A program made the position numbers and the translations under genes. From assembly GCA_019745155.1 (NCBI GenBank), contig JAIETM010000010.1, forward strand, positions 59,942-123,941: 64,000 nt of DNA, read 5' to 3'. The first letter of the stretch is position 1. Each line of letters opens with the position of its first letter. The notes under the pieces are model-generated. The model did not search any database and was not told the origin of the DNA. It saw nothing but the letters and a program-made list of their open reading frames with translations. Of this stretch, positions 1-10,651 are shown one piece after another. The DNA is from Chitinophagaceae bacterium. GTDB lineage: Bacteria; Bacteroidota; Bacteroidia; Chitinophagales; Chitinophagaceae.

Positions 1-584
1 GGCCATTTTAGTTCCCATGGTAGACCGGCCATTACGTCGCAGGCATCTGCACCGCCTACGCCAATGGCAATCATACCCAAACCACCGGCATTCACCGTAT
101 GGCTATCGGTACCAATCATCATACCACCGGGGAAAGCATAGTTTTCCAATACCACCTGGTGGATGATACCGGCACCTGGCTTCCAGAAGCCGATACCGTA
201 TTTGTTGGAAACTGAGGCCAGAAAGTCGTACACTTCTTTGCTCTCATTCACAGCTCTGTCCAGGTCTGTTTTGCTATTGTCTTTGGCAACGATCAGGTGA
301 TCGCAGTGTACGGTTGAGGGCACAGCCACTTTAGGGCGACCAGCCTGCATGAACTGCAGCAAGGCCATCTGGGCAGTAGCATCCTGCATGGCAACACGGT
401 CTGGGGCAAAATCTACATAAGACTTACCTCTCTCAAAATCAGCCAGTTGCATGTCTGTGTGCAGGTGTGCAAAAAGGATCTTCTCTGCGAGTGTGAGCGG
501 ACGGCCCAACGCTTTCTTAGCAGCGTCTACTTTGGCAGGCATCTCGCTGTACACTTTTCTGATCATTTCAATATCAAAAGCCAT
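1..584 (-). CDS. acnA: aconitate hydratase, N-terminal portion (partial; the rest lies beyond the window start)
   Basis: Absent from the ORF track because there is no stop in the window. My minus-strand translation from the ATG at 584-582 reads [78 protein letters not shown]...STVHCDHLI...[43 protein letters not shown] and GTDSHT are aconitase-family motifs. Confidence 0.9.
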   Translation of the reverse strand, partial: MAFDIEMIRKVYSEMPAKVDAAKKALGRPLTLAEKILFAHLHTDMQLADFERGKSYVDFAPDRVAMQDATAQMALLQFMQAGRPKVAVPSTVHCDHLIVAKDNSKTDLDRAVNESKEVYDFLASVSNKYGIGFWKPGAGIIHQVVLENYAFPGGMMIGTDSHTVNAGGLGMIAIGVGGADACDVMAGLPWELKW

Positions 585-725
585 GATACAAAGTGGTTTA
601 AGCGGTGAAAAATGTGACGCGAAGTTAATGCAAAAGCAGTGCCAATTTTTGCACAAATGAACTTTTATCGAAGTGTTTTTGTTTAATTTTGGCGTCCCCC
701 ACGCTTTACATCAAAAAATTGATTT

Positions 726-947
726 ATGAATCGGATGAGAGCCATTCTTGAAATGCATGCTTTTGGTGTTTGCACCGCACTGGGCGAACGATTTGGTATT
801 GCCAGCGCCAAGATCAGAACTTGGTTTATTTACATTTCTTTCCTCACCATGGGATCGCCTGTCATCATTTACATGGTGATGGCATTCTGGATGAACCTGA
901 AGCGCTATATGCTTTTCAGCAGAAGAAATCCAATCAAATACTGGTAA
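726..947 (+). CDS. PspC domain-containing small membrane protein
   Basis: 73 aa. GVCTALGERFGIASAKIRTWFI followed by a hydrophobic helix matches the PspC-domain pattern. Confidence 0.7.
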   Translation: MNRMRAILEMHAFGVCTALGERFGIASAKIRTWFIYISFLTMGSPVIIYMVMAFWMNLKRYMLFSRRNPIKYW

Positions 948-1772
948 TTACACTACTGCTTTTCTCAGTTTTACCAACTGTACTAAAAGGTCTTCCAATA
1001 AGTCTAATCGAAGCATATTGGCGCCATCGCTTTTGGCTACGGCAGGGTTGGGGTGTGTTTCAATGAATAAACCATCAGCACCTGCTGCAATTGCCGCTTT
1101 GGCAATCGTACCAATGAGTTGTGGATTGCCGCCCGTTACGCCTGATGTTTGGTTGGGCTGTTGCAAGCTATGTGTGCAGTCCATAATCACTGGCGTGCCA
1201 TGTGCTTGCATGAGTGGAATATTGCGATAATCAACCACCAAGTCCTGATAACCGAAAGTGGTACCGCGTTCTGTTAACATCACTTGCTCATTACCCGCTT
1301 TGCGGATTTTCTCTACAGCAAACTTCATCGCTTCACCACTCACGAACTGGCCCTTCTTCACATTTACGATCTTACCTGTTTCTGCAGCGGCAATCAGCAG
1401 GTCAGTTTGTCGGCATAGAAAAGCAGGAATCTGCAGAATATCAATGAAAGGCGCTGCCATCGCTGCTTCTTCATGGGCGTGGATGTCTGAAGTAGTGGGC
1501 AGGCCGAAAGTATCGCCAGTCTTTTTAATCAAGGATAAACCCAAATCATCGCCCAAGCCAGTAAATGAACTAGCACTGGTTCTGTTGGCTTTGCGATAGC
1601 TAGCTTTGAACACGTAAGGGATGCCTAATTTTTTACAGATACCGTAGACTTTCTCCGCAATTTCCATCACCAGTTCTTCGCTTTCTACCACGCAGGGGCC
1701 TGCGATCAGGAAGAAATTGTTGGGATCGTAGGATTGCTTGCTGAATTTTTCCTGCAGGTAGGCGGGTATCAT
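948..1772 (-). CDS. kdsA: 3-deoxy-8-phosphooctulonate (KDO8P) synthase
   Basis: 274 aa with FFLIAGPCVVESEE, KASYRKANRTS, LQIPAFLCRQTDL and DCTHSLQ motifs typical of KdsA. Confidence 0.93.
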   Translation of the reverse strand: MIPAYLQEKFSKQSYDPNNFFLIAGPCVVESEELVMEIAEKVYGICKKLGIPYVFKASYRKANRTSASSFTGLGDDLGLSLIKKTGDTFGLPTTSDIHAHEEAAMAAPFIDILQIPAFLCRQTDLLIAAAETGKIVNVKKGQFVSGEAMKFAVEKIRKAGNEQVMLTERGTTFGYQDLVVDYRNIPLMQAHGTPVIMDCTHSLQQPNQTSGVTGGNPQLIGTIAKAAIAAGADGLFIETHPNPAVAKSDGANMLRLDLLEDLLVQLVKLRKAVV

Positions 1773-1843
1773 GTGGGAATGTTTAAATGCGGTGCGAACT
1801 TACGCCAAGTTTTGTTTTTCTTTGCGCATTCCAAACGATTGTT

Positions 1844-2812
1844 ATGTCACATCACAAAGAACGTATCCTTGTTATCGGCGCTTGTGGCCAGATTGGTGTT
1901 GAATTAACGCTTGCGCTGCGTAAAATCTATGGTAGTGCCAATGTGGTTGCTTCCGACCTGCGCGAAGAGAATCCGCTGTTGCATGGTACTGGTCCATATG
2001 TAAGCTTGGATGTGATGAACAAGGAGATGTTGCATGTGCAGGTCATCCGTCAGAATATTACTCAGATATACCTTTTGGCTGCGATCCTTTCCGCAACAGG
2101 AGAGAAGAATCCGAATCTTGCTTGGCATTTAAATATGCAGGGCTTATTGAATGTGTTAGATATCGCTCGTGAAGAAAAGCTGAGTAAAGTATACTGGCCA
2201 AGTAGTATTGCGGTGTTCGGACCAACATCGCCTAAACAACAATGTCCGCAGCAGACCATTATTGAGCCTACTACAGTTTATGGTATCAGTAAATATGCGG
2301 GCGAGTTTTGGTGTAATTATTATTTCCAACGTTTTGGCGTAGATGTGCGCAGTCTGCGTTATCCTGGTTTGATCAGTTATAAATCAGCACCAGGTGGTGG
2401 TACAACAGATTATGCAGTGGAGATATATCACGATGCACTGGAAGACAAATCTTATGAGTGCTTTTTACGAGAAGATACTTATCTGCCTATGATGTATATG
2501 CCTGATGCGATTCGTGCAACTATTGAATTGATGGAAGCACCTGCCGAACGCATCTCTGTGCGTACGTCCTATAATTTATCGGGTATGAGTTTTTCACCAA
2601 AAGAGATTGCTGCATCTATACAAAAACATATACCTGAATTTACTATCAGCTATGCGTCTGATTACAGACAAAGCATTGCAGATAGCTGGCCACAAAGTAT
2701 TGATGATAGTGTTGCACGCCGCGATTGGGGCTGGAAGCAGGAATACGATTTGGACAAGATGACTGCCGATATGTTTCTCAACCTTAAAGACGCATCAGAA
2801 TCGGAAGCCTAA
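1844..2812 (+). CDS. tdh: L-threonine 3-dehydrogenase, SDR/epimerase-like type
   Basis: ILVIGACGQIGVELTLALRKIYG, STVYGISKYAGE, GGGTTDYAVEI and ADSWPQSIDDSVARRDWGW closely resemble the flavobacterial short-chain TDH family. Start moved to the internal ATG (MSHHKERILVIGA), so the hydrophobic track extension is dropped. Confidence 0.85.
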   Translation: MSHHKERILVIGACGQIGVELTLALRKIYGSANVVASDLREENPLLHGTGPYVSLDVMNKEMLHVQVIRQNITQIYLLAAILSATGEKNPNLAWHLNMQGLLNVLDIAREEKLSKVYWPSSIAVFGPTSPKQQCPQQTIIEPTTVYGISKYAGEFWCNYYFQRFGVDVRSLRYPGLISYKSAPGGGTTDYAVEIYHDALEDKSYECFLREDTYLPMMYMPDAIRATIELMEAPAERISVRTSYNLSGMSFSPKEIAASIQKHIPEFTISYASDYRQSIADSWPQSIDDSVARRDWGWKQEYDLDKMTADMFLNLKDASESEA

Positions 2813-3532
2813 GCTGATACCACTGCGCACGCCACCCCATGGTCCTTCAATTTTCATGGACGCAGTGGTTGCAGTAATGGTAGTATGTGTTTTAAATGGA
2901 TCTGTTGCTAAGCCGTCTAATGTGTTCTGTAAACTTTGTTGTTCGGATGTTGTCATGGGTGGATCGATGACAGCATTCATCTGTCCGGTGCTGATACCAT
3001 AATGTCCGCCAATGATCCAGATGTCTACAGCGATACGTTTGGCAATATAACGCTGCACACCAATCATAATACCACCTGAATAGGATTGTATACTGCCTTG
3101 CATGATGGCATTTTTTTCTATCGAAACACCGGCTACCGTTGAATTGTAGCGAGCAGGAATAGAGGCATCAAATTTTGCATAACGGAAATAGGGTGCAACA
3201 TATAAGCCGCGCATTCTACCAGCACCTGTGTAAATGCGCAATTCAGGTGTAATGGCAAAATTACCTGTAGTGGTTTGCTCAATGGTGTTGATGACATTGG
3301 GATCATTGTTGTCGATATACTTTTTGATTTCTTCTTTATACAATAACCCACCAACAGGCATATGTCGGTAACTTACAGAGAGCGACACTTTTCTCGATAA
3401 ACCTCTTTCATAAGTAACATGATAATTGCCAAAAGCTAAAGAGCCAAGGTTTACTTTAAATACATTCTTACCCTTGAATTGTGCAAAAGCCAATAGGGGG
3501 AATAAGCAGCAGCACAGGAGTATAGGTCTCAC
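2795..3532 (-). CDS. hypothetical outer-membrane beta-barrel protein
   Basis: Signal peptide MRPILLCCCLFPLLAFAQ, alternating beta-strand pattern and a C-terminal aromatic residue (GFRF). Confidence 0.6.
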   Translation of the reverse strand: MRPILLCCCLFPLLAFAQFKGKNVFKVNLGSLAFGNYHVTYERGLSRKVSLSVSYRHMPVGGLLYKEEIKKYIDNNDPNVINTIEQTTTGNFAITPELRIYTGAGRMRGLYVAPYFRYAKFDASIPARYNSTVAGVSIEKNAIMQGSIQSYSGGIMIGVQRYIAKRIAVDIWIIGGHYGISTGQMNAVIDPPMTTSEQQSLQNTLDGLATDPFKTHTTITATTASMKIEGPWGGVRSGISLGFRF

Positions 3533-3580
3533 GGTTTGGATTTAGTTACCACAAGGTACCAAATTAATGGAGAATTGTGG

Positions 3581-4297
3581 TCATAAACCCAGTACTTGTT
3601 GCATGGTATAAATGCCTTTTTTACCAGGCAAAAACTCTGCAGCCAAGACAGCGCCACTGGCAAAGCCTTTTCTGGTATGTGCTGTATGGGTGATCTCGAT
3701 ATCGTCGATCACTGAATGGTAGGTAATGGTATGCGTACCTGGTGCTGGATCAATTCTTTCTGAGAGAATCGATAATTCCTCAGGATTGCTGCTAACATGA
3801 TTCACCCACTGTTTTTTGTTGGGTAGCACTTCCATGATTTGTTCCGCCAAGGTGATGGCTGTGCCACTAGGCGCATCTTTTTTCTGCGTATGGTGTATCT
3901 CTTTCATGGAAACCGCATAATCAGTGTGTGGCAACATCAGTTTAGCGAGATAACTATTCAGTTCAAAAAACAAATTCACACCAATGCTAAAATTACTTGC
4001 ATACAAAAGCGTACCATTCTTTGTTGCGCAAGCATCAGCAACTTCTTGCCAATCAGCCAGCCAGCCAGTTGAGCCACAAACAACGGGTATACCCAGTTCC
4101 AAACACTTTAATACATTCTGCTTTGCACTGTGCGGTCCGGTAAATTCAATAGCTACATCTGCTTTGGCAATATTTTCCTGATTGAAATCGGCAGCATTGT
4201 CCAAATCAATTTTCAACACAATCTGGTGTCCCTGACTTACCGCTACTTCTTCAATAGCTTTGCCCATTTTACCATAACCTATCAGTGCAATGTTCAT
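3581..4297 (-). CDS. dapB: 4-hydroxy-tetrahydrodipicolinate reductase
   Basis: MNIALIGYGKMGKAIE Rossmann N-terminus plus EIHHTQKKDAPSGTA, the DapB signature. Start moved to ATG 4297, which removes the overlap with the upstream gene. Confidence 0.9.
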   Translation of the reverse strand: MNIALIGYGKMGKAIEEVAVSQGHQIVLKIDLDNAADFNQENIAKADVAIEFTGPHSAKQNVLKCLELGIPVVCGSTGWLADWQEVADACATKNGTLLYASNFSIGVNLFFELNSYLAKLMLPHTDYAVSMKEIHHTQKKDAPSGTAITLAEQIMEVLPNKKQWVNHVSSNPEELSILSERIDPAPGTHTITYHSVIDDIEITHTAHTRKGFASGAVLAAEFLPGKKGIYTMQQVLGL

Positions 4298-4310
4298 AGT
4301 TGTATCTTTT

Positions 4311-4949
4311 TTAGCGCACAACAAAAGCTTGTTTGCGTTTAGGTTCTTTGATATTGAGTACGAGTTGTACGCCAGGTGATCTTGTGACTGGATTGAACTG
4401 CGGGTGTATCTGCATAGAGAGATCGTCACTCACATCAAAATGTTTCAAGTGACCCGATACGGATGCTTCTACAATGTTCAATCCCCAAACTACTACAAAC
4501 CATAGGATGGAGTAGTCTCTATCTCTTCTGAAAGAATTACGTGCAGATTGTACATACGTTAAACTCAGGTTTTTGAAAATAGGATCAAGACCTTTGTAAT
4601 CTGCACTATCTGCAGGTGTAGCATTGGCTTGAGATGCTTTGTAGATAGCATTATACGCAAACTTGCTGCGCTTGTACCAATCATTATTGTAAATGAATGT
4701 AGCAGTAGGTATGGCCAAAGCACCGTACACCAATGGTACTTTCCAGTAGTCGCGATTATAGAGCTGTCCCCAACCAGGAATCATCGCCGAGCGTTTGGCT
4801 GATTTTCTGGGATCGTGATTTTTCAGAAAAAGCGTATCTCGCTGTTTCTTTTGTTTTATGGTGCTATCTGCAAACCAAGTATGTTCCGCAGCAAAGCTTT
4901 GCAGACTCAGAAACAATAAACAATATAGTATGCACAATCGGCCATTCAT
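4311..4949 (-). CDS. DUF5683 domain-containing membrane protein
   Basis: Signal peptide, a PGWGQLYN motif, and the position between parB and dapB that is conserved in Bacteroidota. Confidence 0.7.
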   Translation of the reverse strand: MNGRLCILYCLLFLSLQSFAAEHTWFADSTIKQKKQRDTLFLKNHDPRKSAKRSAMIPGWGQLYNRDYWKVPLVYGALAIPTATFIYNNDWYKRSKFAYNAIYKASQANATPADSADYKGLDPIFKNLSLTYVQSARNSFRRDRDYSILWFVVVWGLNIVEASVSGHLKHFDVSDDLSMQIHPQFNPVTRSPGVQLVLNIKEPKRKQAFVVR

Positions 4950-4951
4950 GC

Positions 4952-5878
4952 TTAGCTGATGGTTACATTCATCTGATCCAGAATTTTATTCAGCTCCTGC
5001 AGTGAATAGTATTCAATGGTAATACTACCATGACCTGTCTTGTGGTGTTGCATCTTCACCTTGGTGCCGAAATGAGAAGCTAAGTTATCTTCTATCTTTT
5101 TGTAAGCAGGTGGTAAATCAGATTTTGCGCCATTTTTAACAGCATTGCCGGGCTTATCTGCTTTGTACATTTTGCGTACCAGCTCTTCTGTTTGGCGAAC
5201 GCTCAATCCTTTGTTCTTGATTTCATTGAAAACAAATAATTGTCTGTCGATGGTATCAATATTGATCAGCGCGCGTGCATGGCCCATGGTGATACTGCCA
5301 TTACGTACAGACAATTGAATGTCTGGCGGTAGTTTCAGTAAACGCAGGTAATTTGTTACTGTTGTTCTTTCCTTGCTCATGCGTTCAGCTACTTGTTCTT
5401 GCGTGTAGCTGAGTTCTTCCATCATGCGTTTATAGCTTAAGGCTACTTCAATTGCATTGAGGTCTTCGCGTTGTAAGTTTTCCAACAAGGCCAGTTCCAA
5501 CAATTCCTTGTCGTTCACATTGCGGATATAAGCAGGTACATCTGTCAGACCGGCCATCTTGGCTGCACGAAAACGCCTTTCACCTGCAATCAGTTGGTAT
5601 TTGCCTGAAGGGAGAGTAGATACAGTAAGCGGTTGAATAATGTCGTGTAGCTTGATCGACTCAGCCAATTCTTTCAAAGCAGCTTCATCAAAATCTCTTC
5701 TGGGCTGCTTAGGGTTTACTTGAATTTGATCAAGTGGAATTCGCGTAGTGCTTGTAGCCTGACTAACCGCTGCAGGCTGCAAATTGCCGGAAGTAGTTTT
5801 CAGATCAGCATCAATATTCTGCAGCAAAGAGCGGATGCCCTTGCCCAATAAGTCTTTATTCTGTTTAGGATTGCTCAT
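4952..5878 (-). CDS. parB: ParB/Spo0J chromosome partitioning protein
   Basis: QPRRDFDEAALKELAESI and LIAGERRFRAAKMAG ParB boxes. Start chosen at MSNPKQNK. Confidence 0.93.
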   Translation of the reverse strand: MSNPKQNKDLLGKGIRSLLQNIDADLKTTSGNLQPAAVSQATSTTRIPLDQIQVNPKQPRRDFDEAALKELAESIKLHDIIQPLTVSTLPSGKYQLIAGERRFRAAKMAGLTDVPAYIRNVNDKELLELALLENLQREDLNAIEVALSYKRMMEELSYTQEQVAERMSKERTTVTNYLRLLKLPPDIQLSVRNGSITMGHARALINIDTIDRQLFVFNEIKNKGLSVRQTEELVRKMYKADKPGNAVKNGAKSDLPPAYKKIEDNLASHFGTKVKMQHHKTGHGSITIEYYSLQELNKILDQMNVTIS

Positions 5879-5892
5879 GTATTCTTTTTTTC

Positions 5893-6693
5893 TCACTCAA
5901 TGATTCTTTCCTCATTGCTCATTTTGGTCATATTGTTCTTCTGCAGTATTTCCTTTGCAAGGTTTAAATAGTTAACCGCACCCTTGCTGTCTGCATCGTA
6001 CAAGATCACTGGTTTGCCCACACTAGGTGCTTCACTCAAACGAGTATTTCTGTGAATGATGGTGGTGAAAACCAAATCATCAAAATGTCTGCGTACTTCG
6101 CTAACCACTTGATTGCACAAACGCAAACGACCATCGTACATCGTCATCAAAATACCTTCAATCTGGAGTTCAGGGTTCAGTCGGTTTTGAACAATCTTGA
6201 TCGTGTTCAGCAATTTGCCTAAACCTTCCAATGCAAAAAACTCGCACTGCACTGGTACAATCACACTATCCGATGCAACCAACGAATTCACAGTAATCAA
6301 GCCCAAGGAAGGAGAGCAGTCGATGATCACAAAATCGTAACGATCGCGTACCACATCGAGAATATTTTTCATTACATTTTCTCTGTTGGGGTAATTGATC
6401 ATTTCAATTTCCGCGCCAACCAGATCAATATGTGAAGGAATCAGGTCCAGATTGGGAATATCTGTTTTGAGGATCACATCATCAGCCTTGGTATTGTTCA
6501 CCATGCAATCGTATAAACTGCTGGTGATATTGTGCAGATCAAAGCCAACACCTGTAGTGCTATTGGCCTGAGGGTCTGCATCAACCAATAAGGTTTTAAA
6601 TTCCAAGACAGCCAGACTGGCGGCCACATTAATGGCCGTGGTTGTTTTACCAACACCTCCTTTCTGATTTGCTACGCCGATGATTCTTGCCAT
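5893..6693 (-). CDS. parA: ParA/Soj chromosome partitioning ATPase
   Basis: Deviant Walker [21 protein letters not shown]. Lies next to parB. Confidence 0.93.
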   Translation of the reverse strand: MARIIGVANQKGGVGKTTTAINVAASLAVLEFKTLLVDADPQANSTTGVGFDLHNITSSLYDCMVNNTKADDVILKTDIPNLDLIPSHIDLVGAEIEMINYPNRENVMKNILDVVRDRYDFVIIDCSPSLGLITVNSLVASDSVIVPVQCEFFALEGLGKLLNTIKIVQNRLNPELQIEGILMTMYDGRLRLCNQVVSEVRRHFDDLVFTTIIHRNTRLSEAPSVGKPVILYDADSKGAVNYLNLAKEILQKNNMTKMSNEERIIE

Positions 6694-6708
6694 TGTTGAG
6701 GGTTCTGT

Positions 6709-7389
6709 TTATAAGTCGATAGTTTCGCCAATGCCCGGCAGTAACAAGGTTTTACCTGCTGCTGCAAATGCCTGCTTGGCTGCTGTTGTATCAATAACGA
6801 TGTATCCGAATGTGTTGTAATGTACGCCAATGATGGTATTGCACTGAATCATCTCTGCACAGGCAACTGCATCAGCTACATCCATGGTGAAATTATCCCC
6901 GATGGGCAATACCGAAAATTTAGGTTTGCCCCAACGAGTCAAGAGTTGCATGTCTAATGTTAATGCGGTATCACCACTATAATAAAAATCTCCATCCGTA
7001 CTGCTGATGATAAAGCCCATGGGGTTACCGCCATAGCTGCCATCAGGTAAACCACTGCTGTGGTGGGCTACTACACATTTTACGCTACCAAAATCGAAAC
7101 TGCGTTTACCACCGGTATTCATGGGGTGGGTATTGCTGACGCCCTGATTATTCAACCAGCCTGCAATTTCCCAGCTGCAAATCACCAAAGCACCTGTTTG
7201 CTGAGCTATTGACACGCAATCTGCGATATGGTCCGCATGCCCATGCGATACCAGAATATAGTCTGCTTTGATTTCACTGATTTGGATATCCTTTGCCAGT
7301 TCGTTGCCAGAAATAAAAGGATCGAAGAGCAGGGTTTTCCCCTGTACTTCAACAGCAAAACAGGCATGTCCGTAATAAGTGAATTGCAT
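6709..7389 (-). CDS. metal-dependent hydrolase, MBL fold (UPF0173-like)
   Basis: YYGHACF and VSHGHADHIAD (HxHxDH) motifs. Start at MQFTYYGH. Confidence 0.8.
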   Translation of the reverse strand: MQFTYYGHACFAVEVQGKTLLFDPFISGNELAKDIQISEIKADYILVSHGHADHIADCVSIAQQTGALVICSWEIAGWLNNQGVSNTHPMNTGGKRSFDFGSVKCVVAHHSSGLPDGSYGGNPMGFIISSTDGDFYYSGDTALTLDMQLLTRWGKPKFSVLPIGDNFTMDVADAVACAEMIQCNTIIGVHYNTFGYIVIDTTAAKQAFAAAGKTLLLPGIGETIDL

Positions 7390-7474
7390 GATTCCGGTTG
7401 TTTTTTGGAAAGCCGTCAAAAATACAAGTTCGGCCAGTTCTATTGAAAGAATCTTATCCAGTTTCAGGTCTTAA

Positions 7475-8806
7475 ATGCAGCTATTTCGGCAAATTAACAG
7501 CCGATTTTTGGGGAAATTGGCTGGAAAGGTCAATTTTACCGACTTTATACACAAGCTTATGCGCAGCAACGGTACCTGGTGGATTCTTCTGGTGATCATG
7601 TTTTTATTGGATTGGTATGTTTTTCAGGCCGTTCGGGCGGTAAGCGCCCAGACTTCCGACAGAACAAGGATGTTCATTTTCGGTGGCTATTGGGTATTGT
7701 CGGTAGCTGCTTTATTAGCGGTCTTGCTTTTCCCATACATCACGGTTTTGCAGACATCCAAGATTTTCCGCAACTATGTATTCGCCATCCTTGCAGGATT
7801 GTTCTTCTCAAAAGTGATTGCCGGTAGTTTCTTTTTATTCGATGACTTGCGCAGGCTGGTCATCTTCGCCATGGGCAAAATATTCCCAAGCACAGGTGCA
7901 AATTTTATGAGCACAGAAGGAGCCATTAGTCGTTCTGTTTTTCTGAGCTGGTTGGGCCTAGCTTTTGGTGGTGGTTTATTCGGTACACTCTTATTCGGGT
8001 TCAGAAATAAATACAATTATCAGGTTAAGCGCATCAAGCTTAATTACCCCAACCTGCCTACTGCTTTCAAAGGTTTGAAAGCAGTGCAGATAAGCGATGT
8101 GCACAGCGGTAGTTTTCAGAATAAAGCAGCAGTGAACAAGGGTATTGAGATGATTCTTCAAGAGAAGCCTGACCTTATTTTTTTTACTGGTGATCTAGTG
8201 AACGATAGGCATGAGGAAATGCTGGAATACATAGATGTGTTTAGTCAATTGAAAGCACCGATGGGTGTGTATAGCACACTAGGTAATCATGATTATGGTG
8301 ATTATGTGCAATGGCCCAGCAAAGAGGTGAAAATGGCTAACCTGGAAAAGCTCAAAGGCATTCACGCGCAAATGGGTTGGCGCTTGCTGATGAATGAGCA
8401 TGTTGTTTTAGAAAGAGGTCAGGAAAAAATTGCGGTCATTGGTATTGAGAACTGGAGTGCCAAAGGTCGCTTTCCCAAATATGGGAGGATGGCTGAAGCT
8501 TATGCAGGATCAGAGCAAATTCCTTTCAAGATATTATTAAGCCATGATCCTAGTCATTGGGAAGCAGAAGTGATTCCTCAGTATAGTGATGTGGATTTGA
8601 TGTTATCCGGACATACGCATGGTATGCAGTTTGGCTTAGAGAGTCCTTATATCAAATGGAGCCCGGTACAATGGGTCTATAAGCAATGGGCCGGACTCTA
8701 TTCTTCTGGTAAGCAAAAGCTATATGTAAACAGAGGCTTTGGGTTTATTGGTTATCCAGGCCGCGTTGGTATACTTCCTGAGATCACTGTCTTGGAGTTT
8801 GCATAA
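7475..8806 (+). CDS. membrane-anchored metallophosphoesterase
   Basis: N-terminal transmembrane helices followed by calcineurin-like motifs: ISDVHSG, FTGDLVN, GNHDY and SGHTHG. The start is uncertain; an alternative ATG lies at 7559. Confidence 0.85.
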   Translation: MQLFRQINSRFLGKLAGKVNFTDFIHKLMRSNGTWWILLVIMFLLDWYVFQAVRAVSAQTSDRTRMFIFGGYWVLSVAALLAVLLFPYITVLQTSKIFRNYVFAILAGLFFSKVIAGSFFLFDDLRRLVIFAMGKIFPSTGANFMSTEGAISRSVFLSWLGLAFGGGLFGTLLFGFRNKYNYQVKRIKLNYPNLPTAFKGLKAVQISDVHSGSFQNKAAVNKGIEMILQEKPDLIFFTGDLVNDRHEEMLEYIDVFSQLKAPMGVYSTLGNHDYGDYVQWPSKEVKMANLEKLKGIHAQMGWRLLMNEHVVLERGQEKIAVIGIENWSAKGRFPKYGRMAEAYAGSEQIPFKILLSHDPSHWEAEVIPQYSDVDLMLSGHTHGMQFGLESPYIKWSPVQWVYKQWAGLYSSGKQKLYVNRGFGFIGYPGRVGILPEITVLEFA

Positions 8807-8833
8807 AAAGCGCAACTTTGCAATACCCTTATC

Positions 8834-9841
8834 ATGATCCAGCGAAAAATTTATACTACTATACTTGCCCTGCTTTTTGTTCAATTGATTTCTGCACAAG
8901 CAGTATTTCGCTCAGCACAAGACTCAACAGCTTATCTCGATTCTCTGCGTAAAGAGATTGATTGGCTTTTAGATTCATTAGTTAAGCCCAAGAATTATAT
9001 CGATATCAGTCTTGGTGTAAGCAATGGTTATTTTGTACAAAAGACGAGTAATAATGTTGGTGCTACTACTGGTGCGGCTTACTACAACCTGAGTGCATCT
9101 TATTACCACAAATCGGGATTAGGCATTACTGGTAGCGCACTCGCAATTGGCGCATCACCGGGTTTGAATGTCTTTCAAACATCCATCTCTCCATCTTTCG
9201 ATTATATCAAAGCAAAAAACTGGAATTACGGTATTTCTTTTACGCGCTATTTCAATAAACAAGACCTCAGTTTTTATGTGAGTCCGCTTGTAAAAGAGTG
9301 GTATGCTTACACCACCTATAAAGGCGGATGGTTGCGTACTACGCTAGCGTTGGATTATGCAACAGGCACACAGGAGGAGTTAACACAGGTAACAAGGCCT
9401 GTACGTGTACGCAATAATCGCGGGGGCTTTGATACAGCAAGGGTTACGCAAACCTTTCAAACCAATACCAGTATTAGTGATTTTTCCATCTTCTTATCAA
9501 CACAGCATCGATTCCAATTAGGTAATCTTTTTTCTGAAGAAGATCGCTTTAGCATTACGCCATCTTTATTTTCCGTTGCAGGTACACAGCGTTATGGAAC
9601 CAATATGCAATCTTCTGCCCTTGCTTTTGGACCACGCTATGCGAATAATCAATTGTTAGGCACACAAAGTGCAGTTACCAGAAGTGCGTTTCGTGTACAA
9701 AATATTAGCTTATCCATCCGTGCAGAATATTTGTATAAGAAATGGTATATACAACCATCCTTCTTGGTTGATTATACCTTGCCCTCAGCATCACGCCAGT
9801 GGAATATGATTGTCAACCTTACAACAGGTTTAACTTTTTAA
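8834..9841 (+). CDS. hypothetical outer-membrane beta-barrel protein
   Basis: Signal peptide ending SAQA, amphipathic beta-strand periodicity and a C-terminal F. Confidence 0.55.
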   Translation: MIQRKIYTTILALLFVQLISAQAVFRSAQDSTAYLDSLRKEIDWLLDSLVKPKNYIDISLGVSNGYFVQKTSNNVGATTGAAYYNLSASYYHKSGLGITGSALAIGASPGLNVFQTSISPSFDYIKAKNWNYGISFTRYFNKQDLSFYVSPLVKEWYAYTTYKGGWLRTTLALDYATGTQEELTQVTRPVRVRNNRGGFDTARVTQTFQTNTSISDFSIFLSTQHRFQLGNLFSEEDRFSITPSLFSVAGTQRYGTNMQSSALAFGPRYANNQLLGTQSAVTRSAFRVQNISLSIRAEYLYKKWYIQPSFLVDYTLPSASRQWNMIVNLTTGLTF

Positions 9842-9900
9842 TGACAGTTGGCTGAGCCATATTTGGCACAATCATTGAATCATATATCTAAACAATCTGT

Positions 9901-10482
9901 ATGAAAAGAGTTTTCTTGTCATTCGCTATTCTTTTGATAGCTGCTGCTGCTGTGCAGGCACAAAAAGGATTTCGTCTAGGTGCTAAAGTGGGTGCTAATG
10001 CCACAAAGCTAGACGGACAATCATTCGAAAGTGGTTTTAATGCCTCATGGCATGCAGGTGCTTTTGTAGAACTTGATTTCACTAAGAAATTGGGTATTCA
10101 GCCCGAGTTGTTGTGGTCTCAAACCAAAAGCACGTTTGTCAATAATGTCAATGGCTTGCCTTCTACACTCACAACAAGAGATGTAAGCTTGAATTATTTG
10201 TCTATTCCATTGTTGTTGCGTTGGAGTCCGAACAAATTGATTACGTTGAATGCTGGTCCGCAGTATAGCATCCTGATGGATCAGAACAAAAGTTTATTGC
10301 AGAATGGTCAGCAAGCGTTTAAGACTGGAGATTTTGCCGCTGTTGCAGGCTTGCAACTCAATTTGCAGTCGCTGCGTATTTATGGTCGTTATGTAGCGGG
10401 TATGTCTAATATCAATGATGTAACCAATAGCGACAAATGGCGTAACCAGCAGATTCAGGCCGGTATTGGTTTGAAATTGTAA
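9901..10482 (+). CDS. porin-family / OmpW-like outer-membrane beta-barrel protein
   Basis: 193 aa with signal peptide ...AAAVQAQ, FRLGAKVGAN and LNYLSIPLLL strand motifs. Confidence 0.7.
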   Translation: MKRVFLSFAILLIAAAAVQAQKGFRLGAKVGANATKLDGQSFESGFNASWHAGAFVELDFTKKLGIQPELLWSQTKSTFVNNVNGLPSTLTTRDVSLNYLSIPLLLRWSPNKLITLNAGPQYSILMDQNKSLLQNGQQAFKTGDFAAVAGLQLNLQSLRIYGRYVAGMSNINDVTNSDKWRNQQIQAGIGLKL

Positions 10483-10503
10483 TTTTTGAGCAAGCAATCG
10501 AAG

Positions 10504-10528
10504 GCCCTGGCATTTGCCGGGGCTTTTT
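10504..10528 (+). terminator. intrinsic terminator after the porin gene
   Basis: GCCCUGGC-AUUU-GCCGGGGC hairpin followed by UUUUU. Confidence 0.6.
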
Positions 10529-10651
10529 GCGTCATTTTGTACAGAAAACCGCCTTTTCTGACCTATGGCATCAATATTGACAGCTTATAAATCCCCATAA
10601 CCTAGCTTTACAGCTTGGTTTTGGTGTCAATTTGACTTTTGAACAAAGCGT

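Noticed and set aside
4952-6693. parA/parB as a possible sign of a plasmid or integrated element.
   Set aside because: They sit in the conserved chromosomal Bacteroidota arrangement parA-parB-DUF5683-dapB, among housekeeping genes. No replication initiator, integrase, transposase or conjugation genes are present in the window.
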